Assembly (NCBI GenBank): GCA_963704755.1 | Contig: OY969938.1 | Coordinates: 390,001-422,000, forward strand | Source of the DNA: an uncultured Chloroflexia bacterium | Lineage (GTDB): Bacteria; Chloroflexota; Anaerolineae; Anaerolineales; Anaerolineaceae | Direction: 5' to 3' | DNA: 32,000 nt | In this document: in pieces, positions 17,330-25,103 of the stretch | Layout: each line of letters opens with the position of its first letter | Position numbering within the stretch: the first letter of the stretch is position 1 | Translations under genes and position numbers: made by a program | Notes under the pieces: model-generated | Told to the model about the DNA's origin: nothing | The model's database searches: none | What the model saw: the letters and a program-made list of their open reading frames with translations, nothing else

Positions 17330-19369
17330 TTATACCGCCAGCTTCTCCCATTCACCCATCAACTCATCCAGCCGGGCCTGCGCCTGGGCAATCTGCCAGC
17401 TCAACTGGTTGATTTGCTCGAAGGCCCGCCGGTCGCCGCGCGCATTTCGCACGCCGGCTTCTTCCAGTTCACGCGACAGGCGCTGGATGCGTTTCTCCTG
17501 CTCGTGGATGCGCGTTTCGACCTGGCCCATTGCCAGCGCCTGGCGTTGAGTCTCGCGGCTGTTATCGTGCGCCAGCGGTTTTGGCGCCAGCAAGATTTTG
17601 CGACCTTCGATCGCTGAAGTCCCGCTGGCTTTGCGCAGGACAAACTGGCGGTAGCTGCCCTGGAAGATTTCCAGCCGCCCACCCCGGATTTCCCATACCT
17701 GGGTTGCCAGCCGGTCGATCAGGTAGCGGTCGTGTGAGACCAGCAGAATGGTGCCCGTGTAATTTTCCAGAACGGCCTGCAAGGCCTCGCGGGCAGGAAT
17801 ATCCAGGTGGTTGGTCGGCTCGTCCAGCAGCAGGACGGTGGCTCCTTCGGTCGCCAGGATGGCCAGCGCCAGGCGGGCGCGTTCGCCGCCGCTGAGTGCT
17901 TTGACCGGCTTGAACACGTCCTCGCCGCGGAACAGGTATTGGGCCAGCAGGTTGCGGGCCCGCTCCTCTTCCATCGGTTTATGCCGGGTCAGTTCATCCA
18001 ACACACTCAGTTGCGGGTCCAGCCCGTCATGGGCCTGGGCAAAATACCCAACCGGCAGCTTCGACCCCGCGCCAATCTGGACCTGGCCGCTGAGCGGTTT
18101 CAACTGGCCTAGCAGCGTCTTGAGGAAAGTCGTCTTTCCGCTGCCGTTGGGGCCGATCAATGCTGCACATTCACCCCGGCGCAGTTCCAGCGTATCGATC
18201 TTGAACAAGCTGTTGCCCGGATAACCCACGACGGCCTTGCGGGCCTGTAAAACAATCGTCCCCGAACTGTGTACTTCGGCCAGGTGCGGTTTGATCGCCG
18301 GTGGGCGTGGGTTGGCCAGGCTGACCGCGTTCACCTTGCGGATCGCGTCGATCACGTCCAGGGGCCGGTCGGCTTTGCGATGAGTCTCCTCGTCATATTC
18401 CGACCATTTGCGCCCGCTGCGCAGCGCCATCACCCCGTGGTTTTCCACGATGGCCAGGTCACGGCTGAGCCGGCGCAGCAGCCCCAACGCGCGGGCATGC
18501 GTGCTGGCCCGCACCCAGTTCTTCTGGATGAAGTCCACCTCTTTGAGCAGGCGCTCTTTCTCTTCCGAGAACACCCGTTCGGCGTATTTCCAGCGTTCCT
18601 GGCGCTGTACCAGGTAGGCGCTGTAATTGCCTGGGTAGGTTTCGATGCCGTTCGGCTGCATCTCCCAGATCGTATTGACGGTATTATCCAGGAAATAGCG
18701 GTCGTGCGAGACGATCAGCACCGCGCCTTCCCAGTTCTGTAAAATGCGCTCCAGCCATTCCACCGCTTCGATATCCAGGTGGTTGGTTGGCTCGTCCAGC
18801 ATGAGCAGGTCGGGCTTTTCCAGCAGCAGGCGCGCCAGCAGCGCACGGGTCTTTTGCCCGCCGCTAAGGTGATTCAAAGGCATCTGCCAGTAATCCTTGC
18901 CCAGCCCCAGACCGTCCAGGGTCTGCTGGATGCGCAGCTCGTAATCGTAACCACCGGCGCTCTCAAAGGCCTGCTGTAATTCGCCGTATCCGGTCAAAAG
19001 GGCTTCCAGGTCTTGCTCGGATTGGCCCGGCGCGGCCATTTGCGCTTCCATTTCGTGCAGTTTGGCCTGGCGTGCGGACAGGCCCTCGAACACCGTCAAC
19101 ATCTCGGCATAGACTGTGTTGGTCCGGCTGGCAAAAGCGTCCACGGCTTCCTGGCGCAGGTAGCCTAGGCGCCGGCCGCGGGCCATGTGGATTTCACCCA
19201 CCGTCGGTTGGTGGATGCCGGCCAGCATCAACAGCAAAGAAGTTTTCCCAATCCCGTTAGGCCCGATCAGCCCAATTTTAGCGTCGTTGGCAACGGCCAG
19301 CCGGATTCCTTTAAATAGGTCGAAAGCGCCAAAAGATAAACCCAGGTTGTCGGCAGTCAGTACAGGCAT
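17330..19369 (-). CDS. ABC-F family ATPase (Uup/EttA-like, two ABC domains plus C-terminal coiled coil)
   Basis: 679 aa. It has two Walker A motifs (GPNGIGKTS, GPNGSGKTT), two signature motifs (LSGGQKTR, LSGGERAR) and no TM domain. The tail is charged and helical. Confidence 0.9.
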   Translation of the reverse strand: MPVLTADNLGLSFGAFDLFKGIRLAVANDAKIGLIGPNGIGKTSLLLMLAGIHQPTVGEIHMARGRRLGYLRQEAVDAFASRTNTVYAEMLTVFEGLSARQAKLHEMEAQMAAPGQSEQDLEALLTGYGELQQAFESAGGYDYELRIQQTLDGLGLGKDYWQMPLNHLSGGQKTRALLARLLLEKPDLLMLDEPTNHLDIEAVEWLERILQNWEGAVLIVSHDRYFLDNTVNTIWEMQPNGIETYPGNYSAYLVQRQERWKYAERVFSEEKERLLKEVDFIQKNWVRASTHARALGLLRRLSRDLAIVENHGVMALRSGRKWSEYDEETHRKADRPLDVIDAIRKVNAVSLANPRPPAIKPHLAEVHSSGTIVLQARKAVVGYPGNSLFKIDTLELRRGECAALIGPNGSGKTTFLKTLLGQLKPLSGQVQIGAGSKLPVGYFAQAHDGLDPQLSVLDELTRHKPMEEERARNLLAQYLFRGEDVFKPVKALSGGERARLALAILATEGATVLLLDEPTNHLDIPAREALQAVLENYTGTILLVSHDRYLIDRLATQVWEIRGGRLEIFQGSYRQFVLRKASGTSAIEGRKILLAPKPLAHDNSRETQRQALAMGQVETRIHEQEKRIQRLSRELEEAGVRNARGDRRAFEQINQLSWQIAQAQARLDELMGEWEKLAV

Positions 19370-19416
19370 GATTTATTTCTCCGTCCACTCGTAAAATTCG
19401 TCTAGCTCTTGAAAAA

Positions 19417-19480
19417 TGGTAACTACTCAGCCGTCGCAGGTGAACTGGGTGTTTTTATTCTGAACCTGCCTGAGCAGTTA
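19417..19480. repeat. Short (64-bp) member of the nested-palindrome family, copy D
   Basis: It shares GGTAACTACTCAG and GGGTGTTTTTAT with copy A. The right end CTGAGCAGTTA is the inverted partner. It is flanked by the exact direct repeat TGAAAAA (19410-19416 and 19481-19487). It lacks the central TTTTTCGCG core hairpin. Confidence 0.55.
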
Positions 19481-19540
19481 TGAAAAAAGTTCCTATTTTG
19501 GCTCGCGTGAGTAGTCCCCGCGACCGGCTCGAGTTGGATG

Positions 19541-19583
19541 GATGAAAATAAAAAACGGCCGCGGGAGGAATACACCCGCGGCC
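19541..19583 (-). terminator. Intrinsic terminator (minus strand)
   Basis: The stem is GGCCGCGGG/CCCGCGGCC (19557-19565 and 19575-19583). On the minus strand it is followed by GTTTTTTATTTTC. Confidence 0.7.
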
Positions 19584-19610
19584 ATCTTTAATGGACATCA
19601 CTCTAAAAAG

Positions 19611-19700
19611 TCAACAGGCGCACTCCGAGAAGGTAAATACCACACCACCACCCACGGAGGCGCAGAAGACAAAAAAGACGTTGTTCTCTAAGTTCACCAT
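19611..19700 (-). CDS. Candidate 29-aa hydrophobic Cys-containing micro-protein
   Basis: The reading frame runs from the ATG at 19700 to the TGA at 19613-19611. It encodes MVNLENNVFFVFCASVGGGVVFTFSECAC. A minus-strand terminator lies 28 nt downstream. There is no convincing SD. A TTG 12 codons upstream is an alternative start. Confidence 0.3.
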   Translation of the reverse strand: MVNLENNVFFVFCASVGGGVVFTFSECAC

Positions 19701-19761
19701 AATGCCTAGTTTACCCGAGCAGCCGAAAGATGTCAACTGTACTTAAGGATAGTGTCGGGGG

Positions 19762-19897
19762 GTGATTCGGTGTTTCGGTGATTCGGTGGTTCAGTGGCTC
19801 AGTGATTCCGTGATTCGGTGGCTCAGTAGTTTGGTGGTTCGGTGGGGCGGTGGTTCGGCGGGTCAGTGTTTCAGTGATTCGATCGTTCGGTGACCGA
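19762..19897. repeat. Degenerate octanucleotide tandem repeat, 17 units (consensus GTGRTTCG)
   Basis: Reading in steps of 8 from 19762 gives gtgattcg, gtgtttcg, gtgattcg, gtggttca, gtggctca, gtgattcc, gtgattcg and onward to gtgaccga. The repeat is intergenic. Confidence 0.9.
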
Positions 19898-19981
19898 TGT
19901 GTCTCTCGTAGTTCATTTAGTTCAATGCTTCAGTGAGTCAATGTTTTCCTGATCCAATTGTGAAGAATATTGGGGAGGCTA

Positions 19982-20010
19982 TTGACAAACGTATTGGTAA
20001 ACGCTACGAT
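19982..20010 (+). promoter_or_regulatory. Candidate sigma-70-type promoter
   Basis: TTGACA (19982-19987), a 17-nt spacer, then TACGAT (20005-20010). It lies 187 nt upstream of the ATG at 20197. Confidence 0.35.
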
Positions 20011-20196
20011 TTTTTTGTAATTTCCCCTTTATCGACAATCAAATAATTTTCGGAATGGATCAAGCTCGGATGAAGTAGGCCCTGCAACCACTTGATTTTC
20101 GGGTGTCAAACTCATCGGGTCGGACAGTTACGAAACCTCCACGATTATCGGTGGATCGGCCGTCGGCTATTCGATGCTATCAAAAGGAGCCACGCA

Positions 20197-21423
20197 ATGA
20201 TTGCCCCACGACAATTCATGACCCGGGTCTTTCCATCTCTTGTGATTCTCTTTTCCATGCTGGGTTGCGTAGTATTCACCTTGCCAAAAGGGCCTGCTCC
20301 TTCCACACCGGTCCCGCCGGCTGGCGAACCCTTGCAGGCCGTTCCCTCGGCAACTTTTCCGCCGATAATTAAACAAAAGACACGCATAACCAACCCAACC
20401 TTTGCGCCGGCCGCCACAGCGACGATTTCCAATTCGTTATCGACCGATCAAATCTACATCGATTACACCTACACCGATAGCCTGATCACCGTCATCTATC
20501 CGCTGTATGGCAGTGTGTTGAACGATTACGTGGTCGTCGATGTCACCAATAACAACGCTGAAGCCGTGCGCATTGTGGTCACCAGCCAGATTACCGGCTT
20601 CACCGATCAGGCGGTCGATACGATCGACGTGGACGCCGGCGACGAGGTTGAAGTTCGGCAAAACCCGCGCCTGATCTCCGGGCAGATCGATAATCTGAAC
20701 GTGGCTAAACCGGCCAGCTTCCACCTGCAAATGACCATGCTCTCTAACGGCGATCAAAAAATCCTCCTGGACGAAACCCAGGATGTGCAGGTTTACGGGC
20801 GGCGCGATTTCCCCTGGGCAATCGAAGGATTCTCCCAGCACGAGGATTTTGAACTCCTGGCCTCGATGGTTACCCCCAATGATCCGGCCGTCGAGGGCCT
20901 GATCCGCTCTGCCGCCAATCATATTTCCTCAGGAATTATGACAGACGGTTACAGCGGCGACATCGACGACGAAAACGGCCGGGTCTGGGACCGGCTGCAG
21001 GCTATTTGGGACGCTGAGGATGAAGACTACAACCTGACTTACATCAGTACCCTGGTGACCTACGCCCCCGGAGATATCCAACGGATCCGCCTGCCGGCCG
21101 ATGTGCTCGACCAGCAAAGCGGCAATTGTGTCGAGCTGGCGATTTTATATGCCTCTGCGGCCGAAGCGCTCAACCTGGAAACCGCGCTGATCCGCATCCC
21201 CGGGCATGCCTACATGGCCGTCCGTACGGACGACGTCAACGCCAACTATTATGTGATCGAAACAACCATGATCGGCCGCTACAGCTTCTCCGATGCCATC
21301 GCAAGGGGCAGCGAAGAATTCAACGACGCGCTCCCGCACATTCAGAATGGCGACCAATACTACGATTGGATCACCATTTCGGAAGCCCGTCAGGATGGCA
21401 TTTTACCTTTGCCCTGGCATTAA
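20197..21423 (+). CDS. Lipoprotein with C-terminal transglutaminase-like (Cys-His) core
   Basis: AAAGGAG lies 8 nt upstream of the ATG at 20197. The product begins MIAPRQFMTRVFPSLVILFSMLGC (lipobox). The C-terminal QQSGNCVELAILYASAAEALNLETALIRIPGHAYMAV resembles the transglutaminase-like cysteine protease fold. The track start at 20092 is a TTG extension. Confidence 0.7.
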   Translation: MIAPRQFMTRVFPSLVILFSMLGCVVFTLPKGPAPSTPVPPAGEPLQAVPSATFPPIIKQKTRITNPTFAPAATATISNSLSTDQIYIDYTYTDSLITVIYPLYGSVLNDYVVVDVTNNNAEAVRIVVTSQITGFTDQAVDTIDVDAGDEVEVRQNPRLISGQIDNLNVAKPASFHLQMTMLSNGDQKILLDETQDVQVYGRRDFPWAIEGFSQHEDFELLASMVTPNDPAVEGLIRSAANHISSGIMTDGYSGDIDDENGRVWDRLQAIWDAEDEDYNLTYISTLVTYAPGDIQRIRLPADVLDQQSGNCVELAILYASAAEALNLETALIRIPGHAYMAVRTDDVNANYYVIETTMIGRYSFSDAIARGSEEFNDALPHIQNGDQYYDWITISEARQDGILPLPWH

Positions 21424-21424
21424 T

Positions 21425-21460
21425 ATGTTCGCGGGGGCTTTGCCCCCGCGAACATTTTTT
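21425..21460 (+). terminator. Intrinsic terminator
   Basis: A 14-bp stem ATGTTCGCGGGGGC/GCCCCCGCGAACAT with a TTT loop, followed by TTTTT. It starts 2 nt after the stop codon. Confidence 0.8.
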
Positions 21461-21565
21461 GCCGGGTTGCAAGCCGTACTTTAATTGGCTGCGCGAAATT
21501 TTTTTCGATCGGCTTGTCCCCCTTGATTTAAACTTCTATAATTGAAGTGCTTACTTTAGTTTTTT

Positions 21566-21676
21566 GTAAATGCTCAGCAACCGCAAAAGAGAGGGGGGGT
21601 TATTGTTTTTCGCGGGCTTCGCCCGCGAAAAACAATAACCCCCCCCCTAATTTCCGAACTGGCCCGAGCAGCCACA
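21566..21676. repeat. Nested-palindrome (MITE-like) element, copy C (inverted orientation)
   Basis: 111 bp. It has a central 25-bp stem with a 3-nt loop (21593-21645). Its reverse complement shares TCGGAAATTA and CCCTCTCTTTTGCG with copy A. Confidence 0.65.
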
Positions 21677-21705
21677 CTTCTTTCGGCAATTGGGAGGGAA
21701 AGTTG

Positions 21706-22176
21706 ATGAAAGCACTCGTTCTTTACAATTCGGTGTTTGGCAACACCGAACAGATTGCCAAAGCAATTGCCAGCGCCCTGGGGGAAGGCACTGAAATCCG
21801 CAAAGTAAACCAGGCCGACCTTTCCGGGTTGACCGGAATTGATCTGCTGGTTGTTGGCTCGCCCACCCGCGGGTTCAACCCCACCGACGCGACCAAAAAC
21901 TTCATCAAAAGTATCCCCTCGGGTGCATTGAAAGGAATACAGGTAACTGCCTTCGATACCCGTATTGATATCGAAGAAGTGAAATCCGGGTTTCTGACCT
22001 TTATGGTGAATATATTCGGTTACGCCGCCAAACCCATTGCGAACACGCTCAAGGGTAAAGGCGGCCAACCGGTCGGGACACCCGCAGGCTTTTTCGTCCT
22101 GGATAGAGAAGGCCCTCTGCGAGAAGGCGAACTTGAACGCGCCGCCGCCTGGGCCAAAGGGATCGCCGGGGATTAA
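21706..22176 (+). CDS. Flavodoxin-family protein
   Basis: GGGAGGG lies upstream of the ATG at 21706. The 156-aa product begins MKALVLYNSVFGNTEQIAKAIA (FMN phosphate loop) and contains LLVVGSPT. The track ORF start at 21547 runs through palindrome C and was rejected. Confidence 0.8.
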   Translation: MKALVLYNSVFGNTEQIAKAIASALGEGTEIRKVNQADLSGLTGIDLLVVGSPTRGFNPTDATKNFIKSIPSGALKGIQVTAFDTRIDIEEVKSGFLTFMVNIFGYAAKPIANTLKGKGGQPVGTPAGFFVLDREGPLREGELERAAAWAKGIAGD

Positions 22177-22473
22177 CTACCCGCCGGCCATCGCACCGAC
22201 CACCAGCAGCGGCTCGTCGCCCGAGACGACCTTCTCCGGCAGTAAAACCTCCAGCGGTTCGAGGGACAAATCCTGCCCGCAGGCGAAAAAGCGGATGAAG
22301 GGCCGGCGCTGGCGGGTGGCGTAATCGCGGATTGTCCCGCGAAGCATGGGATATTGTGCTTCGAGGGCATCGACTACACCCGCCAGCGTCGCTGGATTTT
22401 CTACCGGTAAGCTGATTTCTCGGCCAACACTCGCTAAAATCCGCAAATGAGGCGGCAATACAATCCGAATCAT
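22177..22473 (-). CDS. MoaD/ThiS-family beta-grasp protein ending in Gly-Gly
   Basis: 98 aa, [10 protein letters not shown]...[10 protein letters not shown]. Its ATG overlaps the stop of the upstream BNR gene (ATGA at 22470-22473). Only the last 98 codons of track ORF 22177..22683 are used. Confidence 0.7.
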   Translation of the reverse strand: MIRIVLPPHLRILASVGREISLPVENPATLAGVVDALEAQYPMLRGTIRDYATRQRRPFIRFFACGQDLSLEPLEVLLPEKVVSGDEPLLVVGAMAGG

Positions 22474-23585
22474 TGCAGCGTTTGTACCTCCACCGAATAC
22501 ACCGCCGGCAGGTCGTGGACGATGGTTTGCCAGTGATCGCCCGAATCGGGCGACACGTACACCTGCCCACCGGTGGTGCCAAAATAGATCCCGCACGAAT
22601 CGAGTGAATCGACCGCCATGGCGCTGCGCAGCACGTTGACGTAGCAATCCTTCTGCGGCAGGCCATCGGTCAGCGCTTCCCATTCGTCGCCGGCCGTGCG
22701 GCTGCGGTAGACCCGCAGCTTGCCTTCCGGCGGGTAATGCTCCGAGTCGCTCTTGATCGGCACCACATAGACCGTCTCCGGCTCGTGGGCGTGCACCTTG
22801 ATCGGGAAGCCGAAGTCGCTGGGTAAGTTGCCACTGACCTCGTGCCAGGAGTCGCCGGCGTCGTCGCTGCGCAGCACATCCCAGTGCTTTTGCATGAACA
22901 GCACACCCGGCCGCGAGGGGTGCATGGCGATGTTGTGCACGCAGTGCCCCACCTCAGCAGTAGGATCCGGCAGCTCGAAGGGCGAGACAATCCCTTTGGT
23001 GATCGGTTTCCAGGTGGTGCCACCGTCGTCGGTACGGAAAGCGCCCCCCGCCGAGATGGCCGTGTAGATGCGCTTGGGATCGCCCGGGTCCTGCAGGATG
23101 GTGTGCAGGCACAACCCGCCGGCGCCCGGCTGCCACAGGTCGCCCTTGGCGCTGCGCAGCCCGGCGAACTCCTGCCAGGTCTGGCCGCCGTCGGTCGAGC
23201 GGAACAGGGCTGCATCCTCCACCCCGGCATAGACCGTGTCCGGGTCTTTCAGCGAGGGCTCCAGATACCAGACCCGTTTGAACTCCCATGGGCGCGGCGA
23301 GCCGTCGTAAAATTTATGCGAACCGAGTTCACCTTCATAGGCGAACTCATTGCCCACCGTCTCCCAGGTTTCGCCGCCGTCGTTCGAGCGGTGGATCACC
23401 TGGCCAAACCATCCGCTCGATTGGGATGCGTACAGCCGTTGCGGATCGGCCGGTGAGCCTTTGAGGTGATAAATCTCCCAGCCCGCAAACAGCGGCCCGC
23501 TGACCTTCCAATCCTTGCGCCTGCCGTCCGAAGTCAAAATAAAGGCACCCTTGTGAGTGCCGACCAGCACGCGTACACCGCTCAT
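22470..23585 (-). CDS. BNR/Asp-box repeat beta-propeller protein (sialidase-like / Ycf48-like fold)
   Basis: Five Asp-box motifs: [32 protein letters not shown] and SPDSGDHW. The ATG at 23585 ([10 protein letters not shown]) has AAGGAG 7 nt upstream and is preferred over the ATG at 23609. Confidence 0.8.
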   Translation of the reverse strand: MSGVRVLVGTHKGAFILTSDGRRKDWKVSGPLFAGWEIYHLKGSPADPQRLYASQSSGWFGQVIHRSNDGGETWETVGNEFAYEGELGSHKFYDGSPRPWEFKRVWYLEPSLKDPDTVYAGVEDAALFRSTDGGQTWQEFAGLRSAKGDLWQPGAGGLCLHTILQDPGDPKRIYTAISAGGAFRTDDGGTTWKPITKGIVSPFELPDPTAEVGHCVHNIAMHPSRPGVLFMQKHWDVLRSDDAGDSWHEVSGNLPSDFGFPIKVHAHEPETVYVVPIKSDSEHYPPEGKLRVYRSRTAGDEWEALTDGLPQKDCYVNVLRSAMAVDSLDSCGIYFGTTGGQVYVSPDSGDHWQTIVHDLPAVYSVEVQTLQ

Positions 23586-23761
23586 GTTAGCGCTCCTTTT
23601 TGCACACATGTTCTAGGGTTTTAATATACGATTTTTGGTCTATTTAGTCAAGGATGAAAATCAATGAACATTTGTATTTAAACAGAAAAGGAAAATGCTA
23701 AAAATTTTCACCAGGCGACTAAGTAAAAATCAAGGATAGCAAATAATAATCAGATCTGAAA

Positions 23762-24688
23762 TTAATTAATTTTTTTCAAAGTAAGGTTTTTAAATTGCGT
23801 GGTCCAAGTAAAAACATAATTACATGATTCCCCCGGCCAACTAGCCATTGATTCAGTCGTTATTGACAAGGACAGATCGTCACCCCAATCTGAATGGGAA
23901 ACCCTGGCTAATTCAAAGGCGGACAAATCAATATACTTTCCATCGATTGTTGCAGAAATATATTTTTGCGTCCGTAAATCAATAATTAGATCGAACGAAT
24001 GCCAGTTCGTATCAGGCTTAATATTGATTCCAGTGTCGATAAGGAACAAACTCTTTGTGTATATTTTAATTTTGCCATAATCCGATGTCACCCAAGGATT
24101 TAAATCCCAGTAAAGTACTCCTTCTTGTGTATAACGGTCCGCTTGAAAAAGGCTGTTTCTGCCATCCCATAATTGGACCATGAAGTGGATAGCTTGGGGA
24201 TTATTAATCTGCATAACGTTCGGCTTAGGAATTGTCGGCAACCGAATAAATCCGCTGTACTCAAGTGTATCAAGCTGAATAGGTTGGCCGTTTGGATATG
24301 TTTCTGTAAATTTCTTATAACCAATTGCATTTATATAGGTATTAATCAGATCTGGATTCGAAGTTATTTCTCCATGATCTGGGAAAGTTCGAATTGATGC
24401 TTCTTTTTCTGAACACGGGCAATCGCTTGTACCCCCAGGATTGCATTCGGCAAAGATAGAATGGCCAAAAAGATTCGTTGAAGAGTACAACTCCTCCGGT
24501 GGTTGATAATTTGACAGTACTAGGGGAAGGAAGACATCCCCGGTTGAAGAACTGCTCACGTTTCTCTGATTCAAAATTGCAAAAACAAGAACCAAGCTTA
24601 TTATAGCTAAAACAAAGCTCGTTTCAGGTAAATGTGGTTGATTTTTTAAAATGAACCGAATTTTTTTCACTTTATGCAACCCTTTCAT
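23762..24688 (-). CDS. Hypothetical membrane-anchored or secreted protein (orphan, AT-rich)
   Basis: 308-aa ORF with ATG at 24688. It has an N-terminal TM segment FVLAIISLVLVFAIL. No motif was recognised. Its composition differs clearly from the flanks. Confidence 0.6.
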   Translation of the reverse strand: MKGLHKVKKIRFILKNQPHLPETSFVLAIISLVLVFAILNQRNVSSSSTGDVFLPLVLSNYQPPEELYSSTNLFGHSIFAECNPGGTSDCPCSEKEASIRTFPDHGEITSNPDLINTYINAIGYKKFTETYPNGQPIQLDTLEYSGFIRLPTIPKPNVMQINNPQAIHFMVQLWDGRNSLFQADRYTQEGVLYWDLNPWVTSDYGKIKIYTKSLFLIDTGINIKPDTNWHSFDLIIDLRTQKYISATIDGKYIDLSAFELARVSHSDWGDDLSLSITTESMASWPGESCNYVFTWTTQFKNLTLKKIN

Positions 24689-24800
24689 GTGCCTAGTCTA
24701 CTTACTTTCTTGTTTGACGCGATAAAACATCTTCCCTTCAATTCATTCTACAAATTTTGTTCAATTGTTATTTTTTTTTGTCCGAATTTATAATTGAACA

Positions 24801-24914
24801 ATTATCACAAAACGGGCTGGTTCAGAAGTTAGGAGTGTTTTTATGGTTTTTCGCGTGCGAAGCACGCGAAAAACCATAAAAACACTCCTCTTTTTTGTGG
24901 CAGCAATGTAGTTA
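24801..24914. repeat. Nested-palindrome (MITE-like) element, copy B
   Basis: A perfect 28-bp stem with a 3-nt loop lies at 24831-24889. Its core TTTTTCGCGTGCGAAGCACGCGAAAAA is identical to copy A. The flanks align with copy A. The bordering hexamers are TGAACA (24795-24800) and TGAATA (24915-24920). Confidence 0.6.
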
Positions 24915-25103
24915 TGAATATTTTTAAAACGCTTTCTCAAAAGGTTGTTTATAGCTTCCACAATTATAGACTTGAAGAAAGGTAAAACAAGCGCCAAACA
25001 AAATGAAAAAGAAAGAAATTTCTTATTCCATTTCACAATTCATCAAAAAGTAACCTCTTTCAGGTAAAATAGCCTTAATCCCTGAATCTGGTGGCGCAGC
25101 CCT

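Noticed and set aside
17401-19394. Multiple short ORFs on both strands overlapping the ABC-F gene.
   Set aside because: The 679-aa frame carries two complete ABC cassettes. The overlapping frames are Arg/Pro/Gly-rich artefacts.
22049-22683. The 205-aa ORF (22049..22666) and the N-terminal 70 codons of the 168-aa ORF (22177..22683).
   Set aside because: They overlap the 3' end of the BNR gene and are Arg/Ala/Pro-rich. Only the last 98 codons form a coherent MoaD/ThiS-like sequence, starting at an ATG that overlaps the BNR stop.
24788-25036. An 82-aa minus-strand ORF in the AT-rich intergenic region.
   Set aside because: It reads straight through the perfect 59-nt palindrome B, so part of its sequence is dictated by the hairpin. 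No start signals were seen.
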